Of a stretch of 64,000 bases of DNA, positions 8,910-19,094 are shown piece by piece. Position numbers and translations under genes: made by a program. Each line of letters begins with the position of its first letter. The first letter of the stretch is position 1. Source of the stretch: Roseibacillus sp. (GTDB lineage Bacteria; Verrucomicrobiota; Verrucomicrobiia; Verrucomicrobiales; Akkermansiaceae); assembly GCA_051251855.1 (NCBI GenBank), contig JBPOGI010000004.1:160001-224000 (forward strand), in the 5' to 3' direction. The notes under the pieces were generated by a model. That model was not told the DNA's origin, ran no database searches, and was given only the letters and a program-made list of their open reading frames with translations.

Positions 8910-10388
8910 ATGAGCCTTCACGCCCAATTGACCCCAGAAGCCGCTGAAAAGCTTCGCTCCCAAAAGCGAAACTCCACTTTAGCCAGTCTTCTCATCTCGA
9001 TCCTCACTATCGTCCTCGTCGGGATTATCTTGGTCATCATTACCATCGCCGGCATCAACTTGGAGCAACCAGATATCGTTACCTACAAGGCTTCTTCCGC
9101 CAACGATGAGTCCCTCGAAGTCAAAGAGATCAACCCCTCGATTCAACGCAAACCGTCCGCCCCCTCTTCCTCGATGGCGAAAGTGATTGCAGCGAACACA
9201 ACGAGCCCTACTGCGATTCCTGTTCCCGAAGTCGATATCCCGATTCCTTCCACCGACTTTGGAGATGGTGATGACTTTGGAGCAGGTTGGGGCACCGGAG
9301 GTGACGGCGGCGGTGGTGGCTTCGGCAACATCCCTGCGGAAATGCGCAAACGGTGTTCAAAGGCAGACCGTCTACAACGTCTTGCCGAAAATGGGGGCAC
9401 GGAAGCTTGTGAAGACGCAGTCCTCAAGGCTCTTCGTTGGATACAAAAGAGCCAAGTATCAGACGGAAGCTTTGGAGGTAAAAAGCCAGTTGCCACGACA
9501 GGATTGGCTCTTCTCGCCTTTTTGGGTCACTGCGAGACCCCCCTCTCAGAAGAATTTGGAGATACCGTGACTAAGGCTATGGTCTACCTCGTAGACAACA
9601 ACATGAAGCAGAAGGGAAAATCTGCCTCCGACCTTAAGGACAAGCACTGGTGTTACGAGCACGCCATCGCCATGTATGCCCTCTCCGAGTCCTACACCTT
9701 TTGTAAGCAACTCAATATCGAGCACGTAGTTCCACAACTGGGTGAGGCTGTCGAAAACGGGATGAACTGGATCATCGACAAACAGATTGGCAATACAGGC
9801 GGCTGGGAATACGACTACGACGTGGAAGCTAAGCGAGGTGGTGACTCGTCGATCGTTGCATGGCATATGCAGGCCTTAAAAGCGTCCAAAGCAACGGGAA
9901 TCAACCTTCCAAAACTCAGTCGTACTATTTCCAGCGGTCTAGACTTTTTGGACGAATGCCAAGATAGAAGTGGCGGATTTGGATACACTCGCAACAAGAA
10001 ACCGGTTGGCAGTTCAAATGGACACTACACCTTGACCGGCGCGGGGGCTCTTTGCTTCCAGCAGCACAAAGGAACCTCCAACTCCAAAGCCCGCAGCGGA
10101 GTCAAATACATCGACGAGAATGCGAAATTTAGCTACGCCGCTAATGACACCAATCTCTACGAGCATTACTATAATTCGCAAGCCATGATTAACCACGGCG
10201 GAGCCCAATGGGATAAATACAACAAACTCTTCCGCGACGAACTCCTCAAAGCTCAGAGAGAAGACGGTAGCTTCCCCAAAACAACGGGTCCCGGCTCACA
10301 AGGTGATGGCGTCTACTCAACAGCATTGGCCACTCTCATGCTCGAAGTCTACTACCGCTTCCTTCCAGGCACAGGAACAGCTCAATAA
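8910..10388 (+). CDS. Membrane-anchored prenyltransferase/squalene-cyclase-like repeat protein (paralog 1)
   Basis: N-terminal TM helix, Pro/Gly linker, QW-like repeats (Q.SDGSF, GGWEY, Q.EDGSF) and terminal LEVYYRFLP. Confidence 0.82.
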   Translation: MSLHAQLTPEAAEKLRSQKRNSTLASLLISILTIVLVGIILVIITIAGINLEQPDIVTYKASSANDESLEVKEINPSIQRKPSAPSSSMAKVIAANTTSPTAIPVPEVDIPIPSTDFGDGDDFGAGWGTGGDGGGGGFGNIPAEMRKRCSKADRLQRLAENGGTEACEDAVLKALRWIQKSQVSDGSFGGKKPVATTGLALLAFLGHCETPLSEEFGDTVTKAMVYLVDNNMKQKGKSASDLKDKHWCYEHAIAMYALSESYTFCKQLNIEHVVPQLGEAVENGMNWIIDKQIGNTGGWEYDYDVEAKRGGDSSIVAWHMQALKASKATGINLPKLSRTISSGLDFLDECQDRSGGFGYTRNKKPVGSSNGHYTLTGAGALCFQQHKGTSNSKARSGVKYIDENAKFSYAANDTNLYEHYYNSQAMINHGGAQWDKYNKLFRDELLKAQREDGSFPKTTGPGSQGDGVYSTALATLMLEVYYRFLPGTGTAQ

Positions 10389-10410
10389 CTGTCCACCTTG
10401 CCCAATTTTC

Positions 10411-10436
10411 AAAAAGGCTCCTTCGGGAGCCTTTTT
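10411..10436 (+). terminator. Rho-independent terminator
   Basis: AAAAAGGCTCC-TTCG-GGAGCCTTTTT hairpin plus T-tract just after the stop codon. Confidence 0.85.
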
Positions 10437-10636
10437 TGTGCCCCCGTGGAGAGCTTGGCCAGAAAGAACCGCCACCTAAAAAGGATCGGCAACAGCGAAT
10501 CAAAATAGAACACACCAAAAAACCTAATAAATCAGAGAACACTCTAAGAAAACATTCGATGAAGCGTTTCTAGACTAGCGACCTAATTATCAACCGAGCA
10601 TCCGTCGCCCACAAGCTCACTTCCCTAGATTACGCA

Positions 10637-12091
10637 ATGAGCCTTCACGCACAATTGACACCCGATGCTGCCCGCATCCTCCGACAACAAAAGAGAAACT
10701 CAACCATCTGGAGTCTTCTCATCTCTCTTTTTACTATCTTTCTAGTATCTCTTATCTTGGCCTTTCTATTCGTCCAAGGACTCACCCTCAACGAGGGCCC
10801 CGGCTTCATCCTTCATCATCCACCCCAAATAGAAAAACCTTCTCTAAGTAACCCTGTCTGCCGTGCAATAAAGAGGAGACCCAGCGCACCCAGCCGCTCA
10901 ATGACTCGGGTACTCGTGAGCAATTCATTCAGCCCAACCAGCCTCCCCACCCCTGAAGTCACTCGGGAGACACCTTCGAGCGACTACGGCTCAGGCTCCG
11001 AAATCGGAGGAAGCTGGGGAAACAACGAAGGCAATTCCTTTTCAGCTATCCCCTTAGAAAGCCGAAAACGCTGCTCCAAGTCAGATCGACTTCAGCGCCT
11101 TGCCCAAAGCGGAGGTAACGAAGCCTGCGAAGACGCCGTCCTGAACGCACTCCGATGGCTTCAAAAGAAACAAAAACCAGATGGCTCATGGGGCACCCAG
11201 AAGCCCGTCGCGATGACCGGACTGACCCTCCTAGCCTATCTCGGTCATTGCGAAACACCCACCTCCCTCGAGTTCGGTGCCACCGTCACCGACGCCATGC
11301 TCTTCCTTACCAACAACAGTATGAAGCAAGGCGGCAAGTGCGCCACTGACCTCCAAGACAAACACTGGTGCTACGAACACGCTATCGCCGTCTACGCCCT
11401 CTCCGAGAGTTACCTCTTCAGCAAGAACTTACAAATTGCCCCTCAACTCAAGCAAGCGGTCGAATCGGGAATACACTGGATTCTTGATCACCAAACTGAT
11501 GCTGGTGGCTGGGACTATTCCTATGCCACCGATAAACGCCCCGGTGACTCCTCCATCGTGGCTTGGCATCTCCAAGCCCTTAAGGCCGCCAGCTCAACCG
11601 GAATCCCCTTCCCTAAACTTAAAGGCTCTATCAGAGAGGGACTTCATTTCTTGGAAGAGTGCCAAAATAGCAGCGGTGGTTTTGGATATGGACTCAACCA
11701 GAAGCCCGTCGGCAGCGCCAATGGCCATTTCACGCTCACTGGGGCCGGCACCCTCTGCTTCCAGCAACACAAAGGAATCTCCCACTCCAACGCCCGAAAA
11801 GGTATCAAATACCTCGCTGCCAACACCCACTTCGACCTCTCCACCAATCAAGCCAATCTCTACGAACACTACTATTGTAGCCAAGCGCTTATCAATCATG
11901 GCGGTTCAGAATGGCGGAGCTACAACGCTCTCGTGCGCGATCAACTTCTCGACCATCAGCGAGAAAACGGCAGCTGGGCCACTCAGAAAGCCCCCGGCTC
12001 CCACTCCGACCCAGTTTACGCCACCGCTCTAGCCACTCTCATGCTGGAAGTCTATTACCGCTATTTACCAGGGTCATCGGCGCAATTTTGA
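10637..12091 (+). CDS. Membrane-anchored prenyltransferase/squalene-cyclase-like repeat protein (paralog 2)
   Basis: Colinear and highly similar to 8910-10388 (MSLHAQLTP, RKRCSK.DRLQRLA, DKHWCYEHAIA, LEVYYRYLP). Confidence 0.82.
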   Translation: MSLHAQLTPDAARILRQQKRNSTIWSLLISLFTIFLVSLILAFLFVQGLTLNEGPGFILHHPPQIEKPSLSNPVCRAIKRRPSAPSRSMTRVLVSNSFSPTSLPTPEVTRETPSSDYGSGSEIGGSWGNNEGNSFSAIPLESRKRCSKSDRLQRLAQSGGNEACEDAVLNALRWLQKKQKPDGSWGTQKPVAMTGLTLLAYLGHCETPTSLEFGATVTDAMLFLTNNSMKQGGKCATDLQDKHWCYEHAIAVYALSESYLFSKNLQIAPQLKQAVESGIHWILDHQTDAGGWDYSYATDKRPGDSSIVAWHLQALKAASSTGIPFPKLKGSIREGLHFLEECQNSSGGFGYGLNQKPVGSANGHFTLTGAGTLCFQQHKGISHSNARKGIKYLAANTHFDLSTNQANLYEHYYCSQALINHGGSEWRSYNALVRDQLLDHQRENGSWATQKAPGSHSDPVYATALATLMLEVYYRYLPGSSAQF

Positions 12092-12096
12092 ATTAA

Positions 12097-13119
12097 CTAG
12101 AAATCCCGCCGCACAAAAATCCATCCTCCCAGACCGAGCATCACCACTTGAAAAAGAGCCGAAGGGAGCAGAATTTCAGTCAATGACATCCTCTCCTGAG
12201 ATTCAGCCTGCGCATCCTTGATGAGCCCCTCGGGTGAAACCCCGCTCATCAAGTCCATCATGCTGACCCCTGCCAGAGGCCCCAGCTCTTCATCAAAGAC
12301 GAGAAGACGCCCCAATAATAGAGTCGACTTACGGGGTTTCGGTAGCACCCAAGTCGCTTTTCGGAATCCATTATAAAAAGCCATCAGACTCGGGTCCACC
12401 TCCTGAGCCTCATCGTGGTAGATAGTTTCCCCCGTCTTAAAGTCGATTTCCAATCCCGCTTTTGCAGGCATCACTCCCACATCGTAAATCAAACTCTCGG
12501 AGATATGGAGCAAGAAACTCACCCCCCAGAACAGCATGGTCGCCAAAAGAGCAAACAGTGTAGATTTGGTCCACACCCCAATCATCACTGCCAACGAGTA
12601 TAAAAGACTAAAGACGAAGGTCAGTAAGGGAACTGCGTAAAAAATCTCGAATTTCCATACCCCCACTCGCAGTCCCATCGCTAGGAACACAATGAGGCAA
12701 AACAGGCTCAGCGGCACCGCCATGAAGCCTAACATCCCAAGATACTTAACTGCGAAAATTTTCCAGCGCGAAACGGGCTTTGAAAGAACCGTCTCAATAG
12801 AGCCCTCCTTCATCAATTCGGGGAAAACCGAGCAACTGGTCACCAAGGCCAAAAGCACTGCCAAGAACCCCAGCCAATGAGGGGTGATGAAACTCGTGAA
12901 TATCAGAAGATAAAAAATCTTAGAAAAATCAGACCCTTTCACCACCAAATCATTGGGAACCGTTTTAAGGCCAAACAATATCGAGAACCCCTCGTCATTG
13001 AATCCAATCGACGCGTAGAGGAATCCCACCAACAGTGAAATCACGAGCACGATCCAGAAGAGCTTTCGGGCGCGCAGGAGCTTGAGAGAGTCTCCTAGAA
13101 TGGTCAGTGTTTCTCTCAT
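12097..13119 (-). CDS. ABC-2 type transporter permease
   Basis: Multiple TM helices, GSIETVLSKPVSR and terminal FVRRDF. Overlaps the ATPase gene. Confidence 0.85.
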   Translation of the reverse strand: MRETLTILGDSLKLLRARKLFWIVLVISLLVGFLYASIGFNDEGFSILFGLKTVPNDLVVKGSDFSKIFYLLIFTSFITPHWLGFLAVLLALVTSCSVFPELMKEGSIETVLSKPVSRWKIFAVKYLGMLGFMAVPLSLFCLIVFLAMGLRVGVWKFEIFYAVPLLTFVFSLLYSLAVMIGVWTKSTLFALLATMLFWGVSFLLHISESLIYDVGVMPAKAGLEIDFKTGETIYHDEAQEVDPSLMAFYNGFRKATWVLPKPRKSTLLLGRLLVFDEELGPLAGVSMMDLMSGVSPEGLIKDAQAESQERMSLTEILLPSALFQVVMLGLGGWIFVRRDF

Positions 13120-14075
13120 TTTATGGCAGGTGGTTGGGCGGTTTCTGGCAACTTGGGAGCAGCTCCCGGGGTATCGGTTCCGACGGTCTCCAAGAAAAGT
13201 TCTTCCAAGCTTGTTGCCTTGCGCGTCAAACCTTCGATGATCACTCCTCCTTGCCGTAACTGGTCGAGCAGGGGCATCACTTCTTTAACATCTCCGGTAT
13301 TCACCACCAGTTCGCCGGCCTCCCAGCGGGTAGTCGGACCCATGAGGGCGTTCTTGAGAGCGTCTTCAACCTTGCCACAAGAGATACGATACTCCACTCG
13401 GCGTCCCGTGAGGTCCTCAAGGTTCCCCTCTAACCTAATCTCTCCTTTGGAAAGAATGGCCACGCGATCGCAAACCATCTCCAATTCACCCAGCAGGTGA
13501 CTATTCACGAAAACCGTTTTCCCCTCCTCGCGAAGCTCTTCTAACAGTAATCGAATATCCCTCCGTCCCGCCGGGTCCACCCCATCCGTTGGCTCATCCA
13601 AAAAGATGACCTCCGGATCGTTAATCAAAGCCTGCGCAATTCCCACCCGCTGCTTCATACCTTTTGAGAAACTTCCCACTTTTTTCCCCTGCCAGTCGCC
13701 AAGACCAACCCTCTCTAACAAAGTAACCGATCTTGCCTTGGTGACTGCCGGATCCATACCGCAAAGCCCCGCCGCCATGTGAACGACTTCACGCGCTGTG
13801 AGATACTCCGGAAAGCGCGCATGCTCGGGAAGGTATCCCACTCGCTTCAACGTTTTCTTGTGACCGACCGGCTTGCCGAGAAAAGTTCCTTCACATGCAG
13901 AAGGCCGAATGATGGTGGTGAGAATTTTGACCAAAGTACTTTTGCCCGCTCCATTGGGTCCCAATAGACCAAAAACCGATCCCTTAGGAACCTGTAGATC
14001 AACTCCACGCAAAGCCTCAACGCCTCCGCGATAAGTCTTTCTTACCCCCTTCAAGTCCAAAACCCACTCACTCAC
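13116..14075 (-). CDS. ABC transporter ATP-binding protein
   Basis: GPNGAGKST, FSKGMKQR, IFLDEPT and NSH motifs. Confidence 0.93.
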   Translation of the reverse strand: MSEWVLDLKGVRKTYRGGVEALRGVDLQVPKGSVFGLLGPNGAGKSTLVKILTTIIRPSACEGTFLGKPVGHKKTLKRVGYLPEHARFPEYLTAREVVHMAAGLCGMDPAVTKARSVTLLERVGLGDWQGKKVGSFSKGMKQRVGIAQALINDPEVIFLDEPTDGVDPAGRRDIRLLLEELREEGKTVFVNSHLLGELEMVCDRVAILSKGEIRLEGNLEDLTGRRVEYRISCGKVEDALKNALMGPTTRWEAGELVVNTGDVKEVMPLLDQLRQGGVIIEGLTRKATSLEELFLETVGTDTPGAAPKLPETAQPPAIK

Positions 14076-14107
14076 GACTTCCTATATGGAGAAAGTTGAG
14101 CCCTTCG

Positions 14108-14998
14108 TCAATTTTTGAACCAGAACCAGAAAATGGGCAAAGGAAGCAAAAGAGCGACATCAGCCAATACCCGCAAGAGACGGGCCGAAAGCTGAGCTCG
14201 AAAATGGTCCAACATCAACAAGGCTGCCGAAGCTACCAGCATCGCGTAGTAAAACGGCTTCTGATATTCGTGCCAAAAGGTAGCAGCCAAAAGAGCAGTG
14301 AAACCAATAATGAGAAGTGGGAGCGTCAGCAAAAAATCTCTCAAAGGAAGATCCTCGCCCAGCTTTTCTTCCCTCTCCCAAAGATCGATTGCGTTAAGAT
14401 TCATCAAACACAGAAAGGCAAAGCCCACAGCCTCGTAGGAGAACACCATCCCAAAAACCCCTTCGAAGGTATAAAAATGTGCCCCTATCGCGGTGCCAAA
14501 CGCGAACGTCAACGCAGCCAAGAAGTTTTTGAACAAAGCGGAGTCCATTCCAGCTCCCTGCCGGTGCCCCACAACAAAGAAACTCGCCGCCAAAAAGACC
14601 ACGAGAGCGCCGTGAGTAATGATGGCATTCGCAAAAGCCTCCAGACTCAGAGGATAACCTCGCGGCCAGTCCCAGACGATGGCTGGAGGCACTCCCAAGA
14701 AGAAACCGACCATACAGCCCAAGAACACCAGACCAGCGAGGGTCGTGAAGATACGGCGATATTTCCAAAGGAACTGATGGCGATCGCGCAGCTCGGAATC
14801 GCCATTCTCCACATCTCGAATCCGATCCAAGACATAGATCACCCAAACCATCCCTCCCAGAATCCAGTAGACAGCAGGATCCTGATACTTGACGTAGTAG
14901 AGACGGGAAAACATCCAGAGCCACGCGACCGCAACCAGCGGGGCATCAAGGCTCAGCAGGTTTGGCCATTGCCACCAAGGTGTCCGGCTCTTCTCCAC
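14108..14998 (-). CDS. Hypothetical polytopic membrane protein (distantly UbiA-like)
   Basis: About 8-9 hydrophobic segments, with NLLSLDAPLVA and WVIYVLDRIRD motifs. Confidence 0.7.
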   Translation of the reverse strand: MEKSRTPWWQWPNLLSLDAPLVAVAWLWMFSRLYYVKYQDPAVYWILGGMVWVIYVLDRIRDVENGDSELRDRHQFLWKYRRIFTTLAGLVFLGCMVGFFLGVPPAIVWDWPRGYPLSLEAFANAIITHGALVVFLAASFFVVGHRQGAGMDSALFKNFLAALTFAFGTAIGAHFYTFEGVFGMVFSYEAVGFAFLCLMNLNAIDLWEREEKLGEDLPLRDFLLTLPLLIIGFTALLAATFWHEYQKPFYYAMLVASAALLMLDHFRAQLSARLLRVLADVALLLPLPIFWFWFKN

Positions 14999-15050
14999 GA
15001 GGGAGGAGATGTATCAGAACGGGAACAAACTCAAGCGCGGAGTATGGCCG

Positions 15051-16217
15051 CTAGGCCTCCAACTTTGTCCACGCTGCGTTACTGGCACTCGAACCAACCA
15101 CCGCTTCAATGAAGGCCATTCCTCGGATTCCATCGTCGATGCGAGGGTAGTCGAGGGCGATTTCGTCAGCCTCGGTGCCATCTTCCACCGCTCGGATGTG
15201 ATTCGCAAAGTTGCGGTAAACGTTCGCAAAGGCTTCTAAATAACCCTCTGGGTGCCCTGCAGGAGTCCGGCAATTTGCGGTGGCAGCCGCTCCAAGATAT
15301 CCCTGCCCGGCACGCCAAATCTCGGTAGGTTTGTCTATGCGGTGCACTTGCAGCGTATTGGGCTCAATCTGATGCCACTCCAAGCCGCCGCTCTCTCCAT
15401 AGACACAAATCTTAAGATTATTTTCGCAACCGACGGAAATCTGAGAAGCATGAAGCACCCCTTTGGCTCCGTTCTCGAAGCGCAGCAAAACATTGCCATC
15501 ATCATCTAACAAACGGCCATCGACAAAGCTGGTCAAATCAGCCGCGAGTTCGGAAATCGTCAGTCCTGAAATATACTCGGCCAAATTCTCTGCATGAGTG
15601 CCGATATCGCCCATGCAGCCGGCAGCTCCGGAGCGCTTGGGGTCCGTGCGCCACTCAGCCTGCTTGGCGCCGTCTGCTTCCAAGCGGGTTGCAAGCCATC
15701 CCTGGGGGTACTCCACCACCACTTTCCGAATCGCTCCAAACTCACCAGCCTGCACCATTTCGCGGGCCTGCTTGACCATGGGATACCCAGGATAATTGTG
15801 GGTGAGACAGTAGAGCTTGCCACTCGCCTCAATGATTCCTTTCAGCTCCTTTGCTTGCGCTAAATCGAGAGTGGCAGGCTTATCGGAGAGAACGTGAAAA
15901 CCCGCTTCCAAAGCAGCCTTCGCGGCCGGAAAATGCATGTGGTTAGGAGTAACAATGGCGACAAAATCCATCCGCTCGCCAACAGGCAAAGCTGCTTCTT
16001 TTTCCATCATCTCCTCAAGGGTTCCGTAGCAACGCTCTTCAGGAAGAAGGAAGTCTTTCCCAGAGGCCTTCGACTTTTCAGGGGTCGAACTAAACGCCCC
16101 ACACACCAACTCCACCTGCTGATCGATGGCAGCAGCAATACGATGAACTCCACCGATAAAGGCATCACGTCCTCCACCAATCATTCCCATCCGAACTTTT
16201 CTCTCACTCAAAGACAT
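15051..16217 (-). CDS. Gfo/Idh/MocA family oxidoreductase
   Basis: GMIGGG..AFIGGVH, VTPNHMH, SDKP, GDIGTHA and [14 protein letters not shown] motifs. Confidence 0.92.
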   Translation of the reverse strand: MSLSERKVRMGMIGGGRDAFIGGVHRIAAAIDQQVELVCGAFSSTPEKSKASGKDFLLPEERCYGTLEEMMEKEAALPVGERMDFVAIVTPNHMHFPAAKAALEAGFHVLSDKPATLDLAQAKELKGIIEASGKLYCLTHNYPGYPMVKQAREMVQAGEFGAIRKVVVEYPQGWLATRLEADGAKQAEWRTDPKRSGAAGCMGDIGTHAENLAEYISGLTISELAADLTSFVDGRLLDDDGNVLLRFENGAKGVLHASQISVGCENNLKICVYGESGGLEWHQIEPNTLQVHRIDKPTEIWRAGQGYLGAAATANCRTPAGHPEGYLEAFANVYRNFANHIRAVEDGTEADEIALDYPRIDDGIRGMAFIEAVVGSSASNAAWTKLEA

Positions 16218-16231
16218 CTCTTAAAAATCGA

Positions 16232-17284
16232 TTATTGGTTTTCTTTATCGAAAGCGGAATCAAACACCACATCGCTAGGAGCGAAGTCGAGTTGACGAGT
16301 AAACTGACAACTCTCCGTGGCTCCATGGATACGGTCCATGCGCCCATCTTCCCACTCAATGGAAAGAGGACCTGAGTAGGCAATATCATTCAGCGCCACG
16401 ATAATTTCCTCAAAGTCAGTGTCGCCACGGCCCACACTGCGAAAGTCCCAGTAACGACTCGGATTAGTGAAATCGGTATGCCCACCGAAGACCCCTACCG
16501 TGCCATCCCCGTGTCCCCACCAAGCATCCTTCATATGGACGTGGAAAATACGGTCAGAGAACTCACGGATAAACCGCACGTAGTCCACGCCCTGATAGCC
16601 CAAGTGACTCGGGTCATAGTTGAAACCGAAACGCTTGTGCCCATTCAGCGCAGTCAAGGCCCGAGCTGCCGAAGCAATATCAAAGGCAATTTCGGTCGGG
16701 TGAACCTCCAAGCCGAAGTAGACATCCACCTCTTCAAAGGCATCCAAAATTGGGGTCCATCTGTCCGCAAAATCTTGGAAACCCTTATCCAAATACGCCT
16801 GATCCGTCGGAGGAAAAGCATACAAAGCGTGCCAAATACTTGAGCCCGTAAAACCATTCACCACCACATTGCCAGAGCCGACAGGCTTATCCGCCATGTA
16901 GCTTTTACCCGCATCAATGAACTTACGAGCGGCCTTACCGGTATCGATCATCTCTTGCGCTGCACGCTGACGCACGCCTTCGGGATCGCCATCTCCCCAA
17001 ACATCGGGCGACAGAATGGCTTTGTGACGCTCATCAATCAAATCGCAGACCGCTTGGCCCACCAAGTGATTAGAAACCGAGTAGCAAATCAAATCATTGG
17101 CCGCGAGCAGGTCCCAAAGACTCTCGACATACCCCTCCTCATTAAGAGCCCTCTGAACCTCAAAGTGGTCGCCCCAACAGGCAAGTTCCACTCCATCATA
17201 GCCCATATCACGGACTTTCGGGAGGAGTTCAGCGATCGGAAGGTCAGCCCATTGGCCGGTGAAAAGAGTAACAGGTCTTGGCAT
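16232..17284 (-). CDS. Sugar phosphate isomerase/epimerase (xylose isomerase-like TIM barrel)
   Basis: [34 protein letters not shown] and SIEWED motifs. Confidence 0.92.
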   Translation of the reverse strand: MPRPVTLFTGQWADLPIAELLPKVRDMGYDGVELACWGDHFEVQRALNEEGYVESLWDLLAANDLICYSVSNHLVGQAVCDLIDERHKAILSPDVWGDGDPEGVRQRAAQEMIDTGKAARKFIDAGKSYMADKPVGSGNVVVNGFTGSSIWHALYAFPPTDQAYLDKGFQDFADRWTPILDAFEEVDVYFGLEVHPTEIAFDIASAARALTALNGHKRFGFNYDPSHLGYQGVDYVRFIREFSDRIFHVHMKDAWWGHGDGTVGVFGGHTDFTNPSRYWDFRSVGRGDTDFEEIIVALNDIAYSGPLSIEWEDGRMDRIHGATESCQFTRQLDFAPSDVVFDSAFDKENQ

Positions 17285-17308
17285 GGTGAATAAAAGAGTT
17301 GTGTGAGT

Positions 17309-18871
17309 TTACGTATGGTTCAAGCGGTTCTTCAAGACTTCGGCAAATACTTTTTCGAGCTGAGCATAAACTGCCGCATTTTCTTTCCTCGGCTCCACGT
17401 CGCGGCCTTCCGCGGGAGCCGAAAACGCGGCCTCCAACTCATTGATGTCATCGCCAAGAGAAACTGCCGCACGAATCGCCGCTCCTAGAGCCGCAGAACC
17501 CGCCACCGAGAGTCGGCGCACCTTTTTTCCAAAGATATCAGCCACGATTTGCGCAATGCCGTCGTTCTCGGAAGCACCTCCGGTCAGGAGAACTTCTTCG
17601 GTTTCGACGCCCAACCAATCGGAGTGCCTCTTCATATTCAGAAACTGCCCCTCCAAAACACCACGCACCCACTCATCAGGAGTCGGTTCCCCTTCCCAAC
17701 CCTCGGTCGAGAACCCTTCCGAGCTCAGCAGAGGCGTGATCTCATCCCCCACAAAAGGCAAAATGACTCTGCCCCCGTTGCCTACCTCCGTTCGCGCAAG
17801 TCCTTGGGCATCAAAATCACTCCAAGACAAGCCGTGACTCTCCTTCACCGCTTCACGGGACAGAGAACCATTGCGAAAACATATCAAGCTCATGAAGCCA
17901 CCCAGCGGATTACCAAAGACATGGCCGTATCCTCGTGGATCAGTCACCGGCCCAGGCATCGCCGCGAACAGAGTGTCACTCGTGCCCAAGCTAATCACCA
18001 CCTTACCGGGCTGCGCTGCTCCCATTCCCACCAAGCTACAAGGATTATCTCCAGACCAGAGCACCACTTGGCATTCCGGATTGAGACCATACTTTTCAGA
18101 AAAATAAGATGAGACCGTCCCCGCAACCGAAGAAGCAGGGGCTACCGGAGGAAGCTTGGCGAGCAAGTCAGGCGCCGTGGCAGCCACCAACTCGGGGTCC
18201 CAGTCCGCTTTCTCCAAATTCATGAGGTTCATCCCCGCGCCATCGCCAGTATCGATCGCAACGCTCTTGCCCGCTAAGACACTCGCGAGAAAAGAGCTCA
18301 CCAGATGAATAGAGCCCGTTGCGGCATAAGCCTCGGGTTCAATCTGCGCGAACTTACGAATCTGCGGCCCGGTGAAACGCTCAACCGCGATCGACCCACT
18401 ACGCCGACAAACCTCCTGCGCCCCCCCCAGCGCAGCCGTGATCTCCTCACATTGCCGAGTCGTCGAAGTATCCATCCAGATTGGCGAAGTCGAGCGCGAC
18501 AACACCGTTTCCAACTGCTCAGCGAGAGACTTCTCACCTTTCAGACCAACAAGAACATCTTCCCATCCCTCTTGAAGATAAACACTGCCATGCTGCTGAC
18601 CCGAGCCCGAGAGCGCCTCCACCTTATCAAGCGGAGCCCCACTAGCCTTCAATTGGACGAGCACCTCATCAAGAGCATCCAGCCACATTAAGGGATTGGA
18701 ATGGACTTCTCCATCCAGTCCACTGTCGCAAAAACCAGACTTCATCCCATATTGGGGCAAGTCTTGGCCGAAGTTCACTGACTTCTCGGCTACAATTTTG
18801 CCAGATCGACTATCGATGACTAACCCAGTGAGACTTTGGGTTGAAGAATCGAAACCTAAAACTAAAGACAT
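17309..18871 (-). CDS. xylB: Xylulokinase (FGGY family, resembles the eukaryote-type XYLB/XKS1 subfamily)
   Basis: FDSSTQS, GSGQQHGSVY, PIWMD, RFTGPQI, GDNP, ISLGTSDT and TGGAS motifs. Located downstream of xylA. Confidence 0.85.
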   Translation of the reverse strand: MSLVLGFDSSTQSLTGLVIDSRSGKIVAEKSVNFGQDLPQYGMKSGFCDSGLDGEVHSNPLMWLDALDEVLVQLKASGAPLDKVEALSGSGQQHGSVYLQEGWEDVLVGLKGEKSLAEQLETVLSRSTSPIWMDTSTTRQCEEITAALGGAQEVCRRSGSIAVERFTGPQIRKFAQIEPEAYAATGSIHLVSSFLASVLAGKSVAIDTGDGAGMNLMNLEKADWDPELVAATAPDLLAKLPPVAPASSVAGTVSSYFSEKYGLNPECQVVLWSGDNPCSLVGMGAAQPGKVVISLGTSDTLFAAMPGPVTDPRGYGHVFGNPLGGFMSLICFRNGSLSREAVKESHGLSWSDFDAQGLARTEVGNGGRVILPFVGDEITPLLSSEGFSTEGWEGEPTPDEWVRGVLEGQFLNMKRHSDWLGVETEEVLLTGGASENDGIAQIVADIFGKKVRRLSVAGSAALGAAIRAAVSLGDDINELEAAFSAPAEGRDVEPRKENAAVYAQLEKVFAEVLKNRLNHT

Positions 18872-19030
18872 GTGGAATACTTTGTGTTTACACTTTTTCG
18901 GGAAGTCATCATTTCTTCGTCTATTTCAGGAATTTTAAGCATTTTTTTCATTTTTCAGTCAAAAAAACCTGCGGTGTGACGTTTAATTGGCACGAGCGAT
19001 GCTATCGTAACGATGCCGTGTTGCTTGAAT

Positions 19031-19083
19031 GGCATGGGGGTCAAAAGTGGTTTCATGGGTTTTTCCACCTCGACCTCCATGCC
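19031..19083. terminator. Long imperfect hairpin between xylA and xylB (terminator or mRNA stabiliser)
   Basis: GGCATGGGGGTC...GACCTCCATGCC arms with inner GTGG/CCAC pairing, 11 nt after the xylA stop. Confidence 0.55.
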
Positions 19084-19094
19084 TCTTTTTTTGC

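Noticed and set aside
14096..15112. 338 aa plus-strand ORF
   Set aside because: Antisense to the membrane protein gene within a minus-strand operon.
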